DNA of 64,000 nt from an uncultured Gemmatimonadales bacterium (GCA_963851265.1 CAWKNZ010000006.1:64001-128000); one strand, 5' to 3'; shown: positions 46,235 to 57,258, counted from the stretch's first letter. The notes: generated by a model not told the origin, from the letters alone. Translations and numbers: made by a program.

Positions 46235-48352
46235 ATGCGCACTCGTCGTCTCGCCTCGCTCGCGTTCCCGCTGTTCGTCATCGCCGCGTCGGCCGCCGCG
46301 CCCGCCGCCGCGCGCGCTCAGGTGCCGACGGCAATCTCGGCGCCGGCCGCCGCGCCGGCCACCGCCGCGCGCCCGAGCCGTCACCTCGCGCTCGAGCAGT
46401 ACCTCGACTGGACCGAGGTGCAGAACCCGCAGATCTCCCCCGACGGCACGCGGATCCTGTTCACGCGGCGCTGGGTCGACAAGATGAACGACAAGTGGGA
46501 GACCGCGCTCTGGATGACGAGCGCCGACGGCTCCCACGCCCGAGCGCTCGCGCAGGGCGGCGACGCCCGGTGGTCGCCCGACGGGCGGCGCGTCGCGTAC
46601 ACCGCCAAGGGCGAGCCCGGCGGCACCCCGCAGATCTTCGTGCGCTGGATGGACGCCGAGGGAGCGACCACCCAGATCTCGCACCTGACCGAGACGCCGT
46701 CCGCGCTCACCTGGTCGCCCGACGGGCGTACGATCGCCTTCACGATGAACGTGCCGGTGAAGGACGACTGGAAGATCGCCATGCCGGCGCCGCCCAAAGG
46801 CGCGAAGTGGACCGAACCGCCGAAAGTCGTCACGCGCCTCAACTACCGCGCCGACCGCGTCGGCTATACGGACGACTCGTACCGCCACGTGTTCGTGATC
46901 TCGGCCGACGGCGGCACGGCGCGGCAGATCACGACCGGCGACTACAACTATTCGCCGCCGAGCTTCTCGGGCGACGGCGAGTGGGTCGCGTTCTCGGCCA
47001 ACCGCGTGCCCGACTGGGAGCGCGCGTTCCGCCGCTCGCAGGTCTACGCGGCCAACATCCACACGGGCGAGCTGCGGCAGCTGACGACCGGCTCGGGCTC
47101 CAACGCCAACCCGCTCTTCTCGCCCGACGGCCGCTACATCGCGTACTCGGGCGCCGACTCGTCCGACCACTCCGCCTCGCCCGACACCAAGCTGCGGGTG
47201 ATGAACGCGGACGGCAGCAACCCGCACGTCGTCTCGGGCGCGCTCGACCGGCCGATCACCAACGCGTTCTGGGCGCTCGACGGCGACCGCCTGTACTTCG
47301 ACGTCGAGAGCGAAGGCTCGCGCAACCTGTACGTGACCACGCCCGCCGGGCAGCCGCGCGCGCTCACGGGCGGCGCGCACGTGCTCACCGTGGGCGGCGT
47401 CTCGCGCAACGGGACCGCCGTCGGCGTCCGCTCCACGCCCTCCAAGCCCAACGACCTGGTCGCCTTCGAGCTCCCCCGCGCGGGGACCGCGACCGCGTTC
47501 ACGCAGCTCACCCATGTGAACGACGACGTGCTCGCGGGCAAGCAGCTCGCGACCACCGAGGAGGTGTGGTACACCTCCAAGGACGGGCTCCGCATCCAGG
47601 GCTGGATCGTCAAGCCGCCGGATTTCGATCCGTCGCGCAAATATCCGCTGATCCTCGACATCCACGGCGGGCCGCAGGCGATGTACAACGTCGGCTTCAG
47701 CTTCGCGCGGCAGGACCACGCGGCCAACGGCTACGTCGTGCTCTACACCAACCCGCGCGGCAGCACCGGTTACGGTATGGCCTTCACCAACGCCATCAAG
47801 AACGCCTACCCTGGCAGCGACTTCGACGACCTCATGGCCGGAGTCGACACGGTGCTCGGCCGCGGCTACGTCGACCCCAAGTCGCTCTACGTGTACGGCT
47901 GTTCGGGCGGCGGCGTCCTCACGGCGTGGATCGTCGGACACACGCAGCGGTTCGCGGCGGCGGCATCGCTCTGCCCGGTCATCAACTGGATCAGCTTCGT
48001 CGGCCAGACCGACGGCGCGGTCTGGTACGACAACTTCGAGAAGCCGTTCTGGGAAGACCCGAGCGAGTACCTCCGCCGCTCGCCGATCATGTACGTCGGC
48101 CACGTCACGACGCCCACGATGCTGATGACCGGCGTGCTCGACCTCCGCACGCCGATTCCGCAGAGCGAGGAGTTCTACCGCGCGCTCAAGATGCGTGGCG
48201 TGCCCACGGCGATGATCCGGATGAACAACGAGTACCACGGCACGTCGAGCACGCCGTCCAACTTCCTCCGCACGCAGCTGTACGTGCGGAGCTGGTTCGC
48301 GCGCTGGGGCGACCGGGCGCGCGCGACGACGACCACCGCCGCCGCGCCATGA
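46235..48352 (+). CDS. Secreted S9-family (acylaminoacyl/prolyl oligo)peptidase
   Basis: GAGGAG RBS, WSPDG repeats, HGGP, GCSGGG nucleophile, DLRT, EYHG. Confidence 0.92.
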   Translation: MRTRRLASLAFPLFVIAASAAAPAAARAQVPTAISAPAAAPATAARPSRHLALEQYLDWTEVQNPQISPDGTRILFTRRWVDKMNDKWETALWMTSADGSHARALAQGGDARWSPDGRRVAYTAKGEPGGTPQIFVRWMDAEGATTQISHLTETPSALTWSPDGRTIAFTMNVPVKDDWKIAMPAPPKGAKWTEPPKVVTRLNYRADRVGYTDDSYRHVFVISADGGTARQITTGDYNYSPPSFSGDGEWVAFSANRVPDWERAFRRSQVYAANIHTGELRQLTTGSGSNANPLFSPDGRYIAYSGADSSDHSASPDTKLRVMNADGSNPHVVSGALDRPITNAFWALDGDRLYFDVESEGSRNLYVTTPAGQPRALTGGAHVLTVGGVSRNGTAVGVRSTPSKPNDLVAFELPRAGTATAFTQLTHVNDDVLAGKQLATTEEVWYTSKDGLRIQGWIVKPPDFDPSRKYPLILDIHGGPQAMYNVGFSFARQDHAANGYVVLYTNPRGSTGYGMAFTNAIKNAYPGSDFDDLMAGVDTVLGRGYVDPKSLYVYGCSGGGVLTAWIVGHTQRFAAAASLCPVINWISFVGQTDGAVWYDNFEKPFWEDPSEYLRRSPIMYVGHVTTPTMLMTGVLDLRTPIPQSEEFYRALKMRGVPTAMIRMNNEYHGTSSTPSNFLRTQLYVRSWFARWGDRARATTTTAAAP

Positions 48353-48368
48353 TCATCCTCCCGCCGGC

Positions 48369-48408
48369 ACCCTCGCGAAAGCGGGGGTCCACCCGTCACG
48401 GGTGACGG
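48369..48408. terminator. GAAA-tetraloop hairpin plus second hairpin between convergent genes (terminator or REP-like)
   Basis: ACCCTCGC-GAAA-GCGGGGGT followed by CCGTCAC-GG-GTGACGG. Confidence 0.5.
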
Positions 48409-48433
48409 ACGCCGGCCGACCCGCGCCAGCCCT

Positions 48434-49303
48434 TCACCGCTCGAAGCGCCACACCACCCCCCCCGCCTCCGCGTCCGGCACCGCACGCGCCCGGACGCGG
48501 AACACCCGCTCGAGCAGCGCGGGCGGCACCGCCGTCGCGTCCGCGCCGCGGTACGCGACGCGCCCCGCGTCCATCACGAGCACGTCGTCCGCGTAACGCA
48601 TCGCCACGTTGAGGTCGTGCAGCACCGCGACCACCGCGCCGCCGCGCGCCGCAAACTCGCGCGCGAGGTCGAGCACCGCGAGCTGGTAGTGCACGTCCAG
48701 ACTGGCGGTCGGCTCGTCGAGGAACAGCACGCGGGGCGTGCCAGCCGCGCCGCCAGCCGCGCCGCCAGCCGCCACGCCCGACGCTCCGCTCGCCGCGGTA
48801 CCGGGCGTCTCGTGCGGCGCGTCGGCCCACAGCTGGGCCAGCACCCGCGCGAGATGCACCTTCTGCCGCTCCCCGCCCGAGAGCGTCGGGTACGGCTGAC
48901 CGCGCTGCCCCGACATCCCCACGAGCGCGAGGGCGGCGTCCACCACCGCCCGGTCGCGTGCCGACGGCACCCGTGCGTAGTGCGGCGCGCGCCCCATGAG
49001 CACGACCTCGGCCGCGGTGAGCGCGAACGCGAGCTCCACGTGCTGCGACAGCACGGCGCGCGTGCGCGCGAGCTCGAGCGGCGCATAGGCCGCGAGCGGG
49101 CGCCCGCCGTAGGCGACCGCGCCCGCGCTCGGGCGCGCGAGCCCGGTCGCCACGCGCAGCAGCGTCGACTTGCCGGCCCCGTTCGGGCCGACGATCACGG
49201 AGAAGCGGCCGGCCGCGAACTCCGCGCTCACGCCGTCGAGCAGACGCCGGGCGCGCACGTCGTACACGACGTCGCGCAGGGAGACGGCGCCCGCGGCCGT
49301 CAC
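48434..49303 (-). CDS. hmuV: Heme ABC transporter ATPase
   Basis: GPNGAGKS, LSGGERQKVHLARVLAQL, LDEPT, LHDLN; GTGA overlap with the permease stop. Confidence 0.85.
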   Translation of the reverse strand: MTAAGAVSLRDVVYDVRARRLLDGVSAEFAAGRFSVIVGPNGAGKSTLLRVATGLARPSAGAVAYGGRPLAAYAPLELARTRAVLSQHVELAFALTAAEVVLMGRAPHYARVPSARDRAVVDAALALVGMSGQRGQPYPTLSGGERQKVHLARVLAQLWADAPHETPGTAASGASGVAAGGAAGGAAGTPRVLFLDEPTASLDVHYQLAVLDLAREFAARGGAVVAVLHDLNVAMRYADDVLVMDAGRVAYRGADATAVPPALLERVFRVRARAVPDAEAGGVVWRFER

Positions 49304-50379
49304 GCGTCCGCCCCCGCCCGCCGCTGCCGCACGAGCAACGTCAGGAAGAGCGGCGCCCCCACGACCGCCGTGACGATCCCCACCGGCAGCTCCGCCGGCG
49401 CGACGATCACGCGCGCCGCCACGTCGACCACCTCCATGAGCGCCGCGCCTAACAGCGCGGCCGCCGGCAGCAGGAACGCGTGGTCCGCCGACCGCAACAG
49501 CCGAACCAGATGGGGCACCACGAGTCCCACGAACGCGATCACCCCGACCACCGACGTCGCCGCCGCGACGAGGCACGTGTTCACGACGAGCAGCCGCACG
49601 GTGAGTCTCGCCGGGTCGAGCCCCAGGAGCGCGGCCTCGTCCTCGCCGAGCATGAGCGCGTTGAGCGCCTTCGCGTCGCCGATCGCGAGCGGCAGCCCCA
49701 CCGCCGCCACCGCCGCGACCAGCAGCACCCCCGGCCAGCTCGCCGCGGTGAACGTGCCCAGGCTCCAGAAGGTGATGCTCCGCGCCTGCGGGTCGCGCGC
49801 CACGTACGCCAGCAGCCCGGTGAGCGCCGAGCACACCGCGTTCACCGCCACGCCGCCCAGCAGCAGCGTGAACACGTCCACCCGGCCGTACATCGACGCC
49901 AGCCGGTACACCACCCACGTCGCGGCGAACGCGCCGGCCGCGGCGACCAGCGGCGTCGCGGCCAGCCCGAGCAGCCCGCCCGCGGCGCCGGCCGCGCGGC
50001 CGGCGCCTAACACGAGCACCGCCGCGGCGCCGAGCGCCGCGCCGGCGGACGTCCCCGTCAGCCCGGGCTCGACGATCGGGTTCCGGAAGAGCCCCTGCAT
50101 GAGCGTCCCCGACACGCCGAGCACCGCGCCCGTGAGGCCGGCGAGCAGCACGCGGGGCAGCCGGAGCGTGACCAGTACGCCCCGCCGCAGCGCGTCCGGA
50201 TCGCCCGCCCCGGCGGCCCCGGCGCCCGCCCCGCCGCGCCCCACGATCGCGCCCGCCGCGAAGCGCACCACCTCGCCCGGCGTGAACGCGAACGCCCCCG
50301 CGCACGCCGACAGTAGCAGCGCCCCCGCGAGGAGCAGCGCGAGCGCGGCGTACGCCTCGCCCGCCGTGAGCCGCCGCAT
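49300..50379 (-). CDS. hmuU: Heme/iron ABC permease (FecCD family)
   Basis: LRLPRV, QGLFRNP, LGEDEAALLG, FVGLVVPH, ELPVG. Confidence 0.85.
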   Translation of the reverse strand: MRRLTAGEAYAALALLLAGALLLSACAGAFAFTPGEVVRFAAGAIVGRGGAGAGAAGAGDPDALRRGVLVTLRLPRVLLAGLTGAVLGVSGTLMQGLFRNPIVEPGLTGTSAGAALGAAAVLVLGAGRAAGAAGGLLGLAATPLVAAAGAFAATWVVYRLASMYGRVDVFTLLLGGVAVNAVCSALTGLLAYVARDPQARSITFWSLGTFTAASWPGVLLVAAVAAVGLPLAIGDAKALNALMLGEDEAALLGLDPARLTVRLLVVNTCLVAAATSVVGVIAFVGLVVPHLVRLLRSADHAFLLPAAALLGAALMEVVDVAARVIVAPAELPVGIVTAVVGAPLFLTLLVRQRRAGADA

Positions 50380-50399
50380 CCGCCGCGCGCCGGCCGCGC

Positions 50400-51407
50400 C
50401 TAACGCGCGCCGGGGTGCAGCAGCGCCGCGAGGCGCCCCACCGCGGCCGGCGTGCGCGGCCCGAAGTACATCACCTCGCTCTCGTCCGCGCGCACCACCC
50501 GCCCCGAGCGCCCGGCCGGCGTGAGTCGCACCCCAGGCAGCCCCGCGAACGCCGCCGCGTTCCCCACGCGGTCGAACCCGACGTCGGTCGCGACGATCAC
50601 GTCGGGCGCGGCCCGCGCGATCAGCTCCGGCGTGAGCCGCGTCATCCCACCCGTCGAGTCGGCCGCGTTCACCCCGCCGGCGAGCGCGACCACGTGGTCG
50701 GTCGGTCCGCCCCGGTTGACCGCGAGGTAGTCGTTCACGAGCTGCCCGAAGTGCATCACCAGCACCCGCGGCCGCGGGCCCACCGCCCACCGCGCGCTGT
50801 CGCGCGCGGCCGCCGCCATCCCGGCCGCCCACGAGCCGCGCACGCTGTCGGCCGCGCGCTCCCGGTGAAAGCGGCGCCCCAGCACGACCAGCGCCGATTC
50901 GGCCCCGGCGACCGTCGCCCCCGGCCGCACGTCCACCACCGGCACGCCCACCGCCTTCACCTGCGCGAGCACCGCCTCGGGCCCGACGTTGCCGTCCGTC
51001 AGCACCAACGTCGGCCGCATCGAGAGAATGCCCTCCGCGCTCAGCGCGCGGTGGTATCCCACGCTCGGCAGCGCGCGGATGGCCGGCGGGTACACCGACG
51101 TGAGGTCGCGCGCGACGAGCACCCCCTCGGCACCGATCGCGTACAGAAACTCGTTGAGCTGCTTCGACACTCCCACCACCCGCTCGCGCCGCGCGTCGTC
51201 CGCGCGCCCGCCGCACCCGGCCAGGACTCCGAGCACCGCGAGCGTGGCGGCCGCCGGAACCGTGCGTCGCAGCGAGTCACGCCGTCGGGCGCCATGACCA
51301 CGCGCGCGATCGGCTCGCGCGCCGTCGGGCGGCGTGCGTGTCGCGCCCAGCACGGCCGCAGCTGTCGGACACGATGAGAAACGGCGGGCGGCAGGACGAC
51401 GACGCAT
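50400..51407 (-). CDS. hmuT: Heme ABC substrate-binding lipoprotein (start uncertain)
   Basis: LAGC lipobox; D.TSVYP and VGYHRALSAEGILS with the heme-ligand-position Tyr. Confidence 0.8.
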   Translation of the reverse strand: MRRRPAARRFSSCPTAAAVLGATRTPPDGARADRARGHGARRRDSLRRTVPAAATLAVLGVLAGCGGRADDARRERVVGVSKQLNEFLYAIGAEGVLVARDLTSVYPPAIRALPSVGYHRALSAEGILSMRPTLVLTDGNVGPEAVLAQVKAVGVPVVDVRPGATVAGAESALVVLGRRFHRERAADSVRGSWAAGMAAAARDSARWAVGPRPRVLVMHFGQLVNDYLAVNRGGPTDHVVALAGGVNAADSTGGMTRLTPELIARAAPDVIVATDVGFDRVGNAAAFAGLPGVRLTPAGRSGRVVRADESEVMYFGPRTPAAVGRLAALLHPGAR

Positions 51408-51713
51408 CGGCGCGGGCTGGCGGTGGTCGAGGCGGACGCGGCGCACCCGCCGCGGGCGAGCACGCCCCGCGGCGGGTGCGACGGCAGCGGAGGACGCACG
51501 CGTCCTTCCGCGCAGTCTACGCAGCACGGAACGCCGACGCTGCCGGCACGAACGCGCGGGCGGACCTGAACGACGCCGCACGTAGCGACGCCGCTCTTTC
51601 GGAATGTGTGCCCCCCCACATATTTGCGCATGTTCCGCCGCATCGACGCGCGCGCCCGTGCGCATACCCGCGCGTCCCCTCCTTCGTCCGGCGCGTCGCC
51701 GCCCCCGCCTGCC

Positions 51714-53027
51714 ATGTCGAGCGACGCCGAGCGCGCCTCCGGCGAGCCGCCGGGCGACGAGTTGCCGCGCGAGGAGTTGCCGCGCGACGAGCGGGCCGTC
51801 ACGGGCACGTACCCGACCGTGCCCGACCCGGATCTCGTCCCCGATCCGACGCGCCGCGACCGCCGCGCGAGCGACGGCGCGCTCCGGCGTGCGGCCGAAC
51901 GCCGCCTCGCGGCCGTCGTCGAGGGCATGTCCGAAGCGTTCCTCTCGCTCGACACCAACTGGCGGGTCACGTATGCCAACCGCGCGGCGTGCCTTCTGAA
52001 CGGGACCACGCGCGCCGCCCTCCTCGGCCGCGACCACTGGGAGCTGTGGCCCGAAACCCTCGGCAGCCAGGTCGAGCGCGAGTACCGCCGCGTCGCCGTC
52101 GAACACGTGCCCGCACGCTTCGACCACTTCTACCCGCGCGCCGCGGTGTGGCACGCCATCCAGGTCTACCCCGCCGAAGGCGGCGGCCTGGCCGTGTTCT
52201 ACCGCGACATCACCGCCGAGCGCGCCTCGATCATCGAACGAGAGCGCCTGCTCGCCGAGAGCGAGCGCGCACGCGCCGACGCGGAGGCGGCGCGCGCCGA
52301 GGCCGAAGCCGCGAACCGGGCCAAGGCGCAGTTCCTGGCGACCATGAGTCACGAACTTCGCACCCCGCTCAACGCGATCGGCGGTTACGCGGAGTTGATG
52401 GAGATAGGCATCCGCGGACCCGTGAGCGACGAGCAGCGCCACGACCTCGCCCGCATCCAGGCGAGCCAGCGGCACCTCCTCGGCCTCATCCGCGAGGTGC
52501 TCGACTACGCGAAGATCGAGACGGGATCGGTGCGCTACGAGATCGCCGAAGTCGGCGTGCGCGATGCGCTCACGGCCGCCGAAGCGCTCGTCGTCCCGCA
52601 GGTCCGGGCGAAGGCGCTCGCGCTCGCCGTCCGCGCGTGCACGCCCGACGTCGCGGTGCGCGCCGACGCCGAGAAGCTGCGCCAGATCCTCGTCAACCTG
52701 CTCTCCAACGCCGTGAAATTCACGGACGCCGGCGGGCGCATCGAGCTGACCTGTGCGCGCGACGCCGGCCGCGTGCGCCTCACCGTGCGTGACACTGGCA
52801 TCGGCATCCCGGCCGACAAGCTCGAAGCCGTGTTCGAGCCGTTCGTACAGGTGCGCACCGACCTCACCCGCGCCGCGGACGGCACCGGACTCGGCCTCGC
52901 CATCAGCCGCGACCTCGCGCGCGGCATGGGCGGCGACCTCGCCGTCGAGAGCACGCTCGGCGTCGGGTCGGCGTTCACCCTCTCGCTTCGAGCCGTCGCG
53001 GGACCGGCGTGCGACGCGCCGGAGTGA
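51714..53027 (+). CDS. PAS sensor histidine kinase
   Basis: One PAS domain, MSHELRTPLNAI, NLLSNAVKF, GTGLGL. Confidence 0.9.
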   Translation: MSSDAERASGEPPGDELPREELPRDERAVTGTYPTVPDPDLVPDPTRRDRRASDGALRRAAERRLAAVVEGMSEAFLSLDTNWRVTYANRAACLLNGTTRAALLGRDHWELWPETLGSQVEREYRRVAVEHVPARFDHFYPRAAVWHAIQVYPAEGGGLAVFYRDITAERASIIERERLLAESERARADAEAARAEAEAANRAKAQFLATMSHELRTPLNAIGGYAELMEIGIRGPVSDEQRHDLARIQASQRHLLGLIREVLDYAKIETGSVRYEIAEVGVRDALTAAEALVVPQVRAKALALAVRACTPDVAVRADAEKLRQILVNLLSNAVKFTDAGGRIELTCARDAGRVRLTVRDTGIGIPADKLEAVFEPFVQVRTDLTRAADGTGLGLAISRDLARGMGGDLAVESTLGVGSAFTLSLRAVAGPACDAPE

Positions 53028-53056
53028 CCGCCCGGCGTTCGCCGGTCCTCCTAACG

Positions 53057-54207
53057 ATGCCCCCCAACTCGCGTCGCGACTTCCTGCAGCATCTCGCCAT
53101 CGGCGTCGGGTGTACCGCAGCCGGCCTCATCGCCCCCGGACGTCGCGCGGCGTCCGAGCCGCGCCAGCCGCGCGAACCGGGGGGATCGGCGAGCCGCGCG
53201 ATCCGCGCGGCGCGACCATCGCGGGCCGGACGTACACCAACCCCGTCTACGCCGGCTCGATGCCCGACCCCGGCGTGCTGCGGCACGACGGCGTCTACTA
53301 CGCGTTCGGCACCACCGGCGCCGAACGCACGCCCGACGGCCGCGTCTTCACCGTGCTCCGCTCGCCCGACCTCGTGACGTGGGAGCCCCTGGGTGGTGCG
53401 CTGCTCCCGCCCAGCGCGGACGCGCGATACGAGTATTGGGCGCCGGAGGCGGCCGCACACGACGGGCGCTTTTACCTCTACTACGCGATGGGCGGCGTCG
53501 AAGAATTGCACTTCGAGCTGCGCGTCGCGACGAGCGAACGCCCCGAGGGCCCGTACACCGACACGGGCACGCCGCTGCTCGACTGCGACCGCAATCGCTT
53601 CACCATCGACCCGCACCCGTTTCGCGACGTCGACGGGCAGTGGTACCTGTTCTACGCCCGCGACTACCCCAACACCGACGGCGGCGCGCTGCCCGGCACC
53701 GGGCTGGCCGTCGACCGACTCGTCGGCATGACGCGCCTCGCGGGCGAGTGCCGCACCGTGTTGCGCGCGCACTATCCGTGGACGCTGTACGAGGCCAACC
53801 GCCGCATGAACGTGTACGGCCGGACGTTCGACTGGCACACCATCGAGGGTCCGTGGGTGCAGCGGCACCGCGGCCGGTACTACTGCTTCTACAGCGGCTC
53901 CAACTATCAGACGGCGCGCTACGGGGTCGACTACGCCGTCGCCGAACACGTGACGGGGCCGTACACGGGGCAGGGGCGTGGAGCGCGAGTGCTCCACGCG
54001 GTGCCCGGCCACGTGCGCGGGCCCGGCCACCACTCGATCGTCGAGGGTCCCGACGGGCGCGACTACATCGTGTACCACGCGTGGAATGAGGCGATGACGG
54101 TGCGCCAGCTCTGCGTCGACCCGCTGGACTGGACCCCGGACGGACCGCGTTGCGCGGGACCGACCTACACGCCGCAGCCCGCGCCGGCCGCACGACGACG
54201 CGCGTGA
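53057..54207 (+). CDS. Tat-exported GH43 glycoside hydrolase, frameshifted at the G6 run 53179-53184
   Basis: SRRDFL Tat signal in one frame; NPV..PDP, WAPE, IDP, EGP and GPGH GH43 motifs in another. Confidence 0.78.
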
Positions 54208-54242
54208 CGGTGGGCCTGGGTCGGGGTCGCTAGACTACGGGG

Positions 54243-54917
54243 GTGCCGCCGGCGGGTGCCGGCCGGCCGATCGCCTCCTCGCCCATCCCGGTGTCCTCCG
54301 ACGCGTCCGCGCTCCGCTCCGTGCTCCGAACCGGCACGCGCGAACTCCACGAGCGCACCGAGACCGCCTTCGTCCTCGGCGCTGCGGATCTGACGCGCGC
54401 CGAGTACGAGGCGGTCATCGGACACCTCGCCATCCGGTACGCGGCGGCCGAAGCCGCGCTCGCGCCGTGGACCGACGCGCTCGCCGCGTACGGCCTCGAT
54501 CTCGGTGTGCGGCGGAAGGCGCCGCTCCTCCGACGCGACGTGGCGGCGCTCGGCGCCGACCTGCCGCCTGCGGAAATCGCGGCGCAGAGCGTCCCAACCC
54601 TCGCGCACGCGTTCGGCACACTCTACGTGCTCGAAGGCGCGACGCTCGGCGGCCAGCTTCTGCGCCGCCGCGTCGAGTCGACGCTCGGGCTCACGCCCGC
54701 GACGGGGCTCGCGTTCCTCACCGCGTACGGTCCGAAGGTGGGCGCCATGTGGCGTGCGTTCGTCGACTCGCTCGACCGGTTCGACGCCGCGCTCGGGGCG
54801 GGCAGCCGCGTAGCGGCGCACGCCGACGCGCTCGCGGGAGCGCAGGCGGCCTTTCTGGCGTTCGAGCAGGAGGTGGTCACGCCGACTGCCCGCCGCCCCG
54901 CCGGCGCCCTCGCCTGA
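54243..54917 (+). CDS. bphO: Biliverdin-producing heme oxygenase (start 54243 or 54291)
   Basis: LRTGTRELHE, GTLYVLEGATLGG, WRAF; immediately upstream of the phytochrome. Confidence 0.88.
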   Translation: MPPAGAGRPIASSPIPVSSDASALRSVLRTGTRELHERTETAFVLGAADLTRAEYEAVIGHLAIRYAAAEAALAPWTDALAAYGLDLGVRRKAPLLRRDVAALGADLPPAEIAAQSVPTLAHAFGTLYVLEGATLGGQLLRRRVESTLGLTPATGLAFLTAYGPKVGAMWRAFVDSLDRFDAALGAGSRVAAHADALAGAQAAFLAFEQEVVTPTARRPAGALA

Positions 54918-54930
54918 CCACCGCACGCGC

Positions 54931-57258
54931 ATGACGTTGACCGTCCCGCCCGCCACGACGCCCGAGCACCTTCCGCACCACACCCCGGTTGATCTCGCGG
55001 CATGCGACCGCGAGCCGCTCCACATCATCGGTGGGGTGCAGCCACACGGCGCGTTGCTCGTCGTGGACGAGGGCGACGGGTGCCGCGTCGTGCAGGCCAG
55101 CGCCAACGCCGCGGCCACGCTCGGCCGCGCGGGCGAGACCGCGGACGTCGTGCTCGGCGCGCCACTGGCCGAACTCGTCGGCCGCGAGCACGCCGCGGCG
55201 CTCGCCGCCGCGGGCGCGGACGCCGCGCGTGACGACGCCGGGCGGGTGTACCACCCGGTCGCCCTCGATGTCGCGGGGCGCGCGTTCGAGGTCGTCGTGC
55301 ACCAGGGCCCGGCCGGCCTCCTGCTCGAGCTGGAGCCGGCACCCGCCGCGGATGCCGTCCTCGGCGCGACCGCGTTCCACGCCACCATCCGCCGCACCAT
55401 GGCCGCGGTCTCGCGCGGGACGAGCGTGCGCGCCGCCGCCGCCGCCGTGGCCGACGAGATCCGCCGCGTCACCGGCTTCAACCGCGTCTGGGTCTATCGC
55501 TTCCACGACGACTGGCACGGCGAGATCATCGCCGAGTCGCGCGACGCGCACGTCGAGGAGTCGTGGCTCGACCTGCACTATCCGGCGAGCGACATCCCCG
55601 CGCAGGCCCGTGACCTCTTCGCCCGACACTGGCTGCGCCTCATCGTCGACGTGCACGCCGACCCCGCACCGCTGCTCCCGGCGCGCACGCCGGGTACCGG
55701 CGCGCCGCTCGACCTCAGCGACTGCGTGCTGCGCGCCGTGAGTCCCGTGCACCTGGAGTACCTGCGCAACATGGGCGTGCGCGCGTCGATGAGCGTGTCG
55801 CTCGTGCGCGACGGGCGCCTCTGGGGATTGGTGTCGTGCCATCACTACGACGGCCCGCGCCAGGTGCCCTACGACGTGCGCGCCGCCTGCGAGCTCCTGG
55901 GGCAGGCATTCTCGACGCAACTCGGTCTGCTCGAAGAGGCGGAGGACCGCGACCTCGCGCTCCGCCTCGCCGCGGTGCGCACGACGCTCCTCGAGCGCAT
56001 CGCCGCCGAGCGCGACGTCGTCGACGGGCTGCTCGCCAACCCCGCGCTCCTCCTCGAGCTCGCCGGGGCGGAAGGCGCGGCCGTGTGTTTCGCCGATGCG
56101 GAGTGCGCGACCGTCGGACGCACGCCGCCTGCAGCCTTCGTGGGCGCGCTCGCCGCCTGGCTCACCGCGCACGGCCACGACACGTTCGCCACCGACGCGC
56201 TGGGCGTCGCGTACCCGCCCGCCGTGGAGCACGCCGACGTGGCGAGCGGCGTGCTGGCGGTGGCGCTGAGCCGGGTGCGGCCGTATCACGTGCTCTGGTT
56301 CCGGCCGCAGACCGCGCAGACCGTGCGCTGGGGCGGCGACCCGGGCGAGAAGCCCGTCCGGGTCGGCGCGGACGGCGTCGCTCGCCTGACGCCGCGCGGC
56401 TCGTTCGCGGCGTGGGAGGAGGAGGTGCGCGGGCGGTCGCGTCCGTGGCGCCGTGCGGAGGTCGACGCGGCGCGCGCCCTGCGCGGCACCGTCGTCGACG
56501 CTCTCATCACGCGCGCCGACGAGCTGGCCGCGCTCAACCGCGCGCTCGAACAGAGCAACCGCGAACTCGACGATTTCGCCTACGTCGCGTCGCACGACCT
56601 CAAGGAGCCCCTCCGCGGCATCCACAACTACGCCGCGATGGTCAGCGAGGACTACGTCGGCGCGCCGCTCGACGCGAGCGGCGTGGCGCGGCTCGACACC
56701 ATCCGGCGCCTCACGAAGCGGCTCGACGGCCTCATCGACTCGCTCCTCGACCACTCGCGTGTCAACCGGCTCGCGCTCGAGGTCGTCGAGGTCGACGCCC
56801 AGGAAGCGCTCGAGGATGCGCTCGACCGGCTCTCGGCGTCCATCGCCGAGCGCAACGCCGTCGTGCGCGTGCCGCGCCGCCTCCCGACGGTGCGCGCCGA
56901 CCGCGAGCGGGTCGTCGAGGTGCTCGCCAACCTCGTCTCGAACGCCGTGAAGTACGGCGGCGAAACGCCCGAGGTCGAGGTCGGGTATCTCGACGCGCCG
57001 CCGGGCAGCGCGGTCGCGCCGCCGACGTTCTACGTGCGCGACCGCGGCATCGGTATCGAGCCGCGCCACCACGCGGCCGTGTTCCGCCTCTTCAAGCGAC
57101 TGCACCCGCGCGACGCGTACGGCGGCGGCTCGGGCGCAGGGCTCACGATCGTCCAGAAAGTGATCGAGCGGCATGGGGGCCGCATCTGGCTCGAGAGTAC
57201 GCCGGGGCAGGGGACCACGTTCTTCTTCACCCTCGGCGAGTCCGACTTGAGCGCCTGA
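54931..57258 (+). CDS. bphP: Bacteriophytochrome (PAS-GAF-PHY-HisKA-HATPase)
   Basis: CDREPLH..G.VQPHG with the N-terminal biliverdin Cys, SDIP, VSPVHLEYL, PRGSF, SHDLKEPLR. Confidence 0.95.
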   Translation: MTLTVPPATTPEHLPHHTPVDLAACDREPLHIIGGVQPHGALLVVDEGDGCRVVQASANAAATLGRAGETADVVLGAPLAELVGREHAAALAAAGADAARDDAGRVYHPVALDVAGRAFEVVVHQGPAGLLLELEPAPAADAVLGATAFHATIRRTMAAVSRGTSVRAAAAAVADEIRRVTGFNRVWVYRFHDDWHGEIIAESRDAHVEESWLDLHYPASDIPAQARDLFARHWLRLIVDVHADPAPLLPARTPGTGAPLDLSDCVLRAVSPVHLEYLRNMGVRASMSVSLVRDGRLWGLVSCHHYDGPRQVPYDVRAACELLGQAFSTQLGLLEEAEDRDLALRLAAVRTTLLERIAAERDVVDGLLANPALLLELAGAEGAAVCFADAECATVGRTPPAAFVGALAAWLTAHGHDTFATDALGVAYPPAVEHADVASGVLAVALSRVRPYHVLWFRPQTAQTVRWGGDPGEKPVRVGADGVARLTPRGSFAAWEEEVRGRSRPWRRAEVDAARALRGTVVDALITRADELAALNRALEQSNRELDDFAYVASHDLKEPLRGIHNYAAMVSEDYVGAPLDASGVARLDTIRRLTKRLDGLIDSLLDHSRVNRLALEVVEVDAQEALEDALDRLSASIAERNAVVRVPRRLPTVRADRERVVEVLANLVSNAVKYGGETPEVEVGYLDAPPGSAVAPPTFYVRDRGIGIEPRHHAAVFRLFKRLHPRDAYGGGSGAGLTIVQKVIERHGGRIWLESTPGQGTTFFFTLGESDLSA

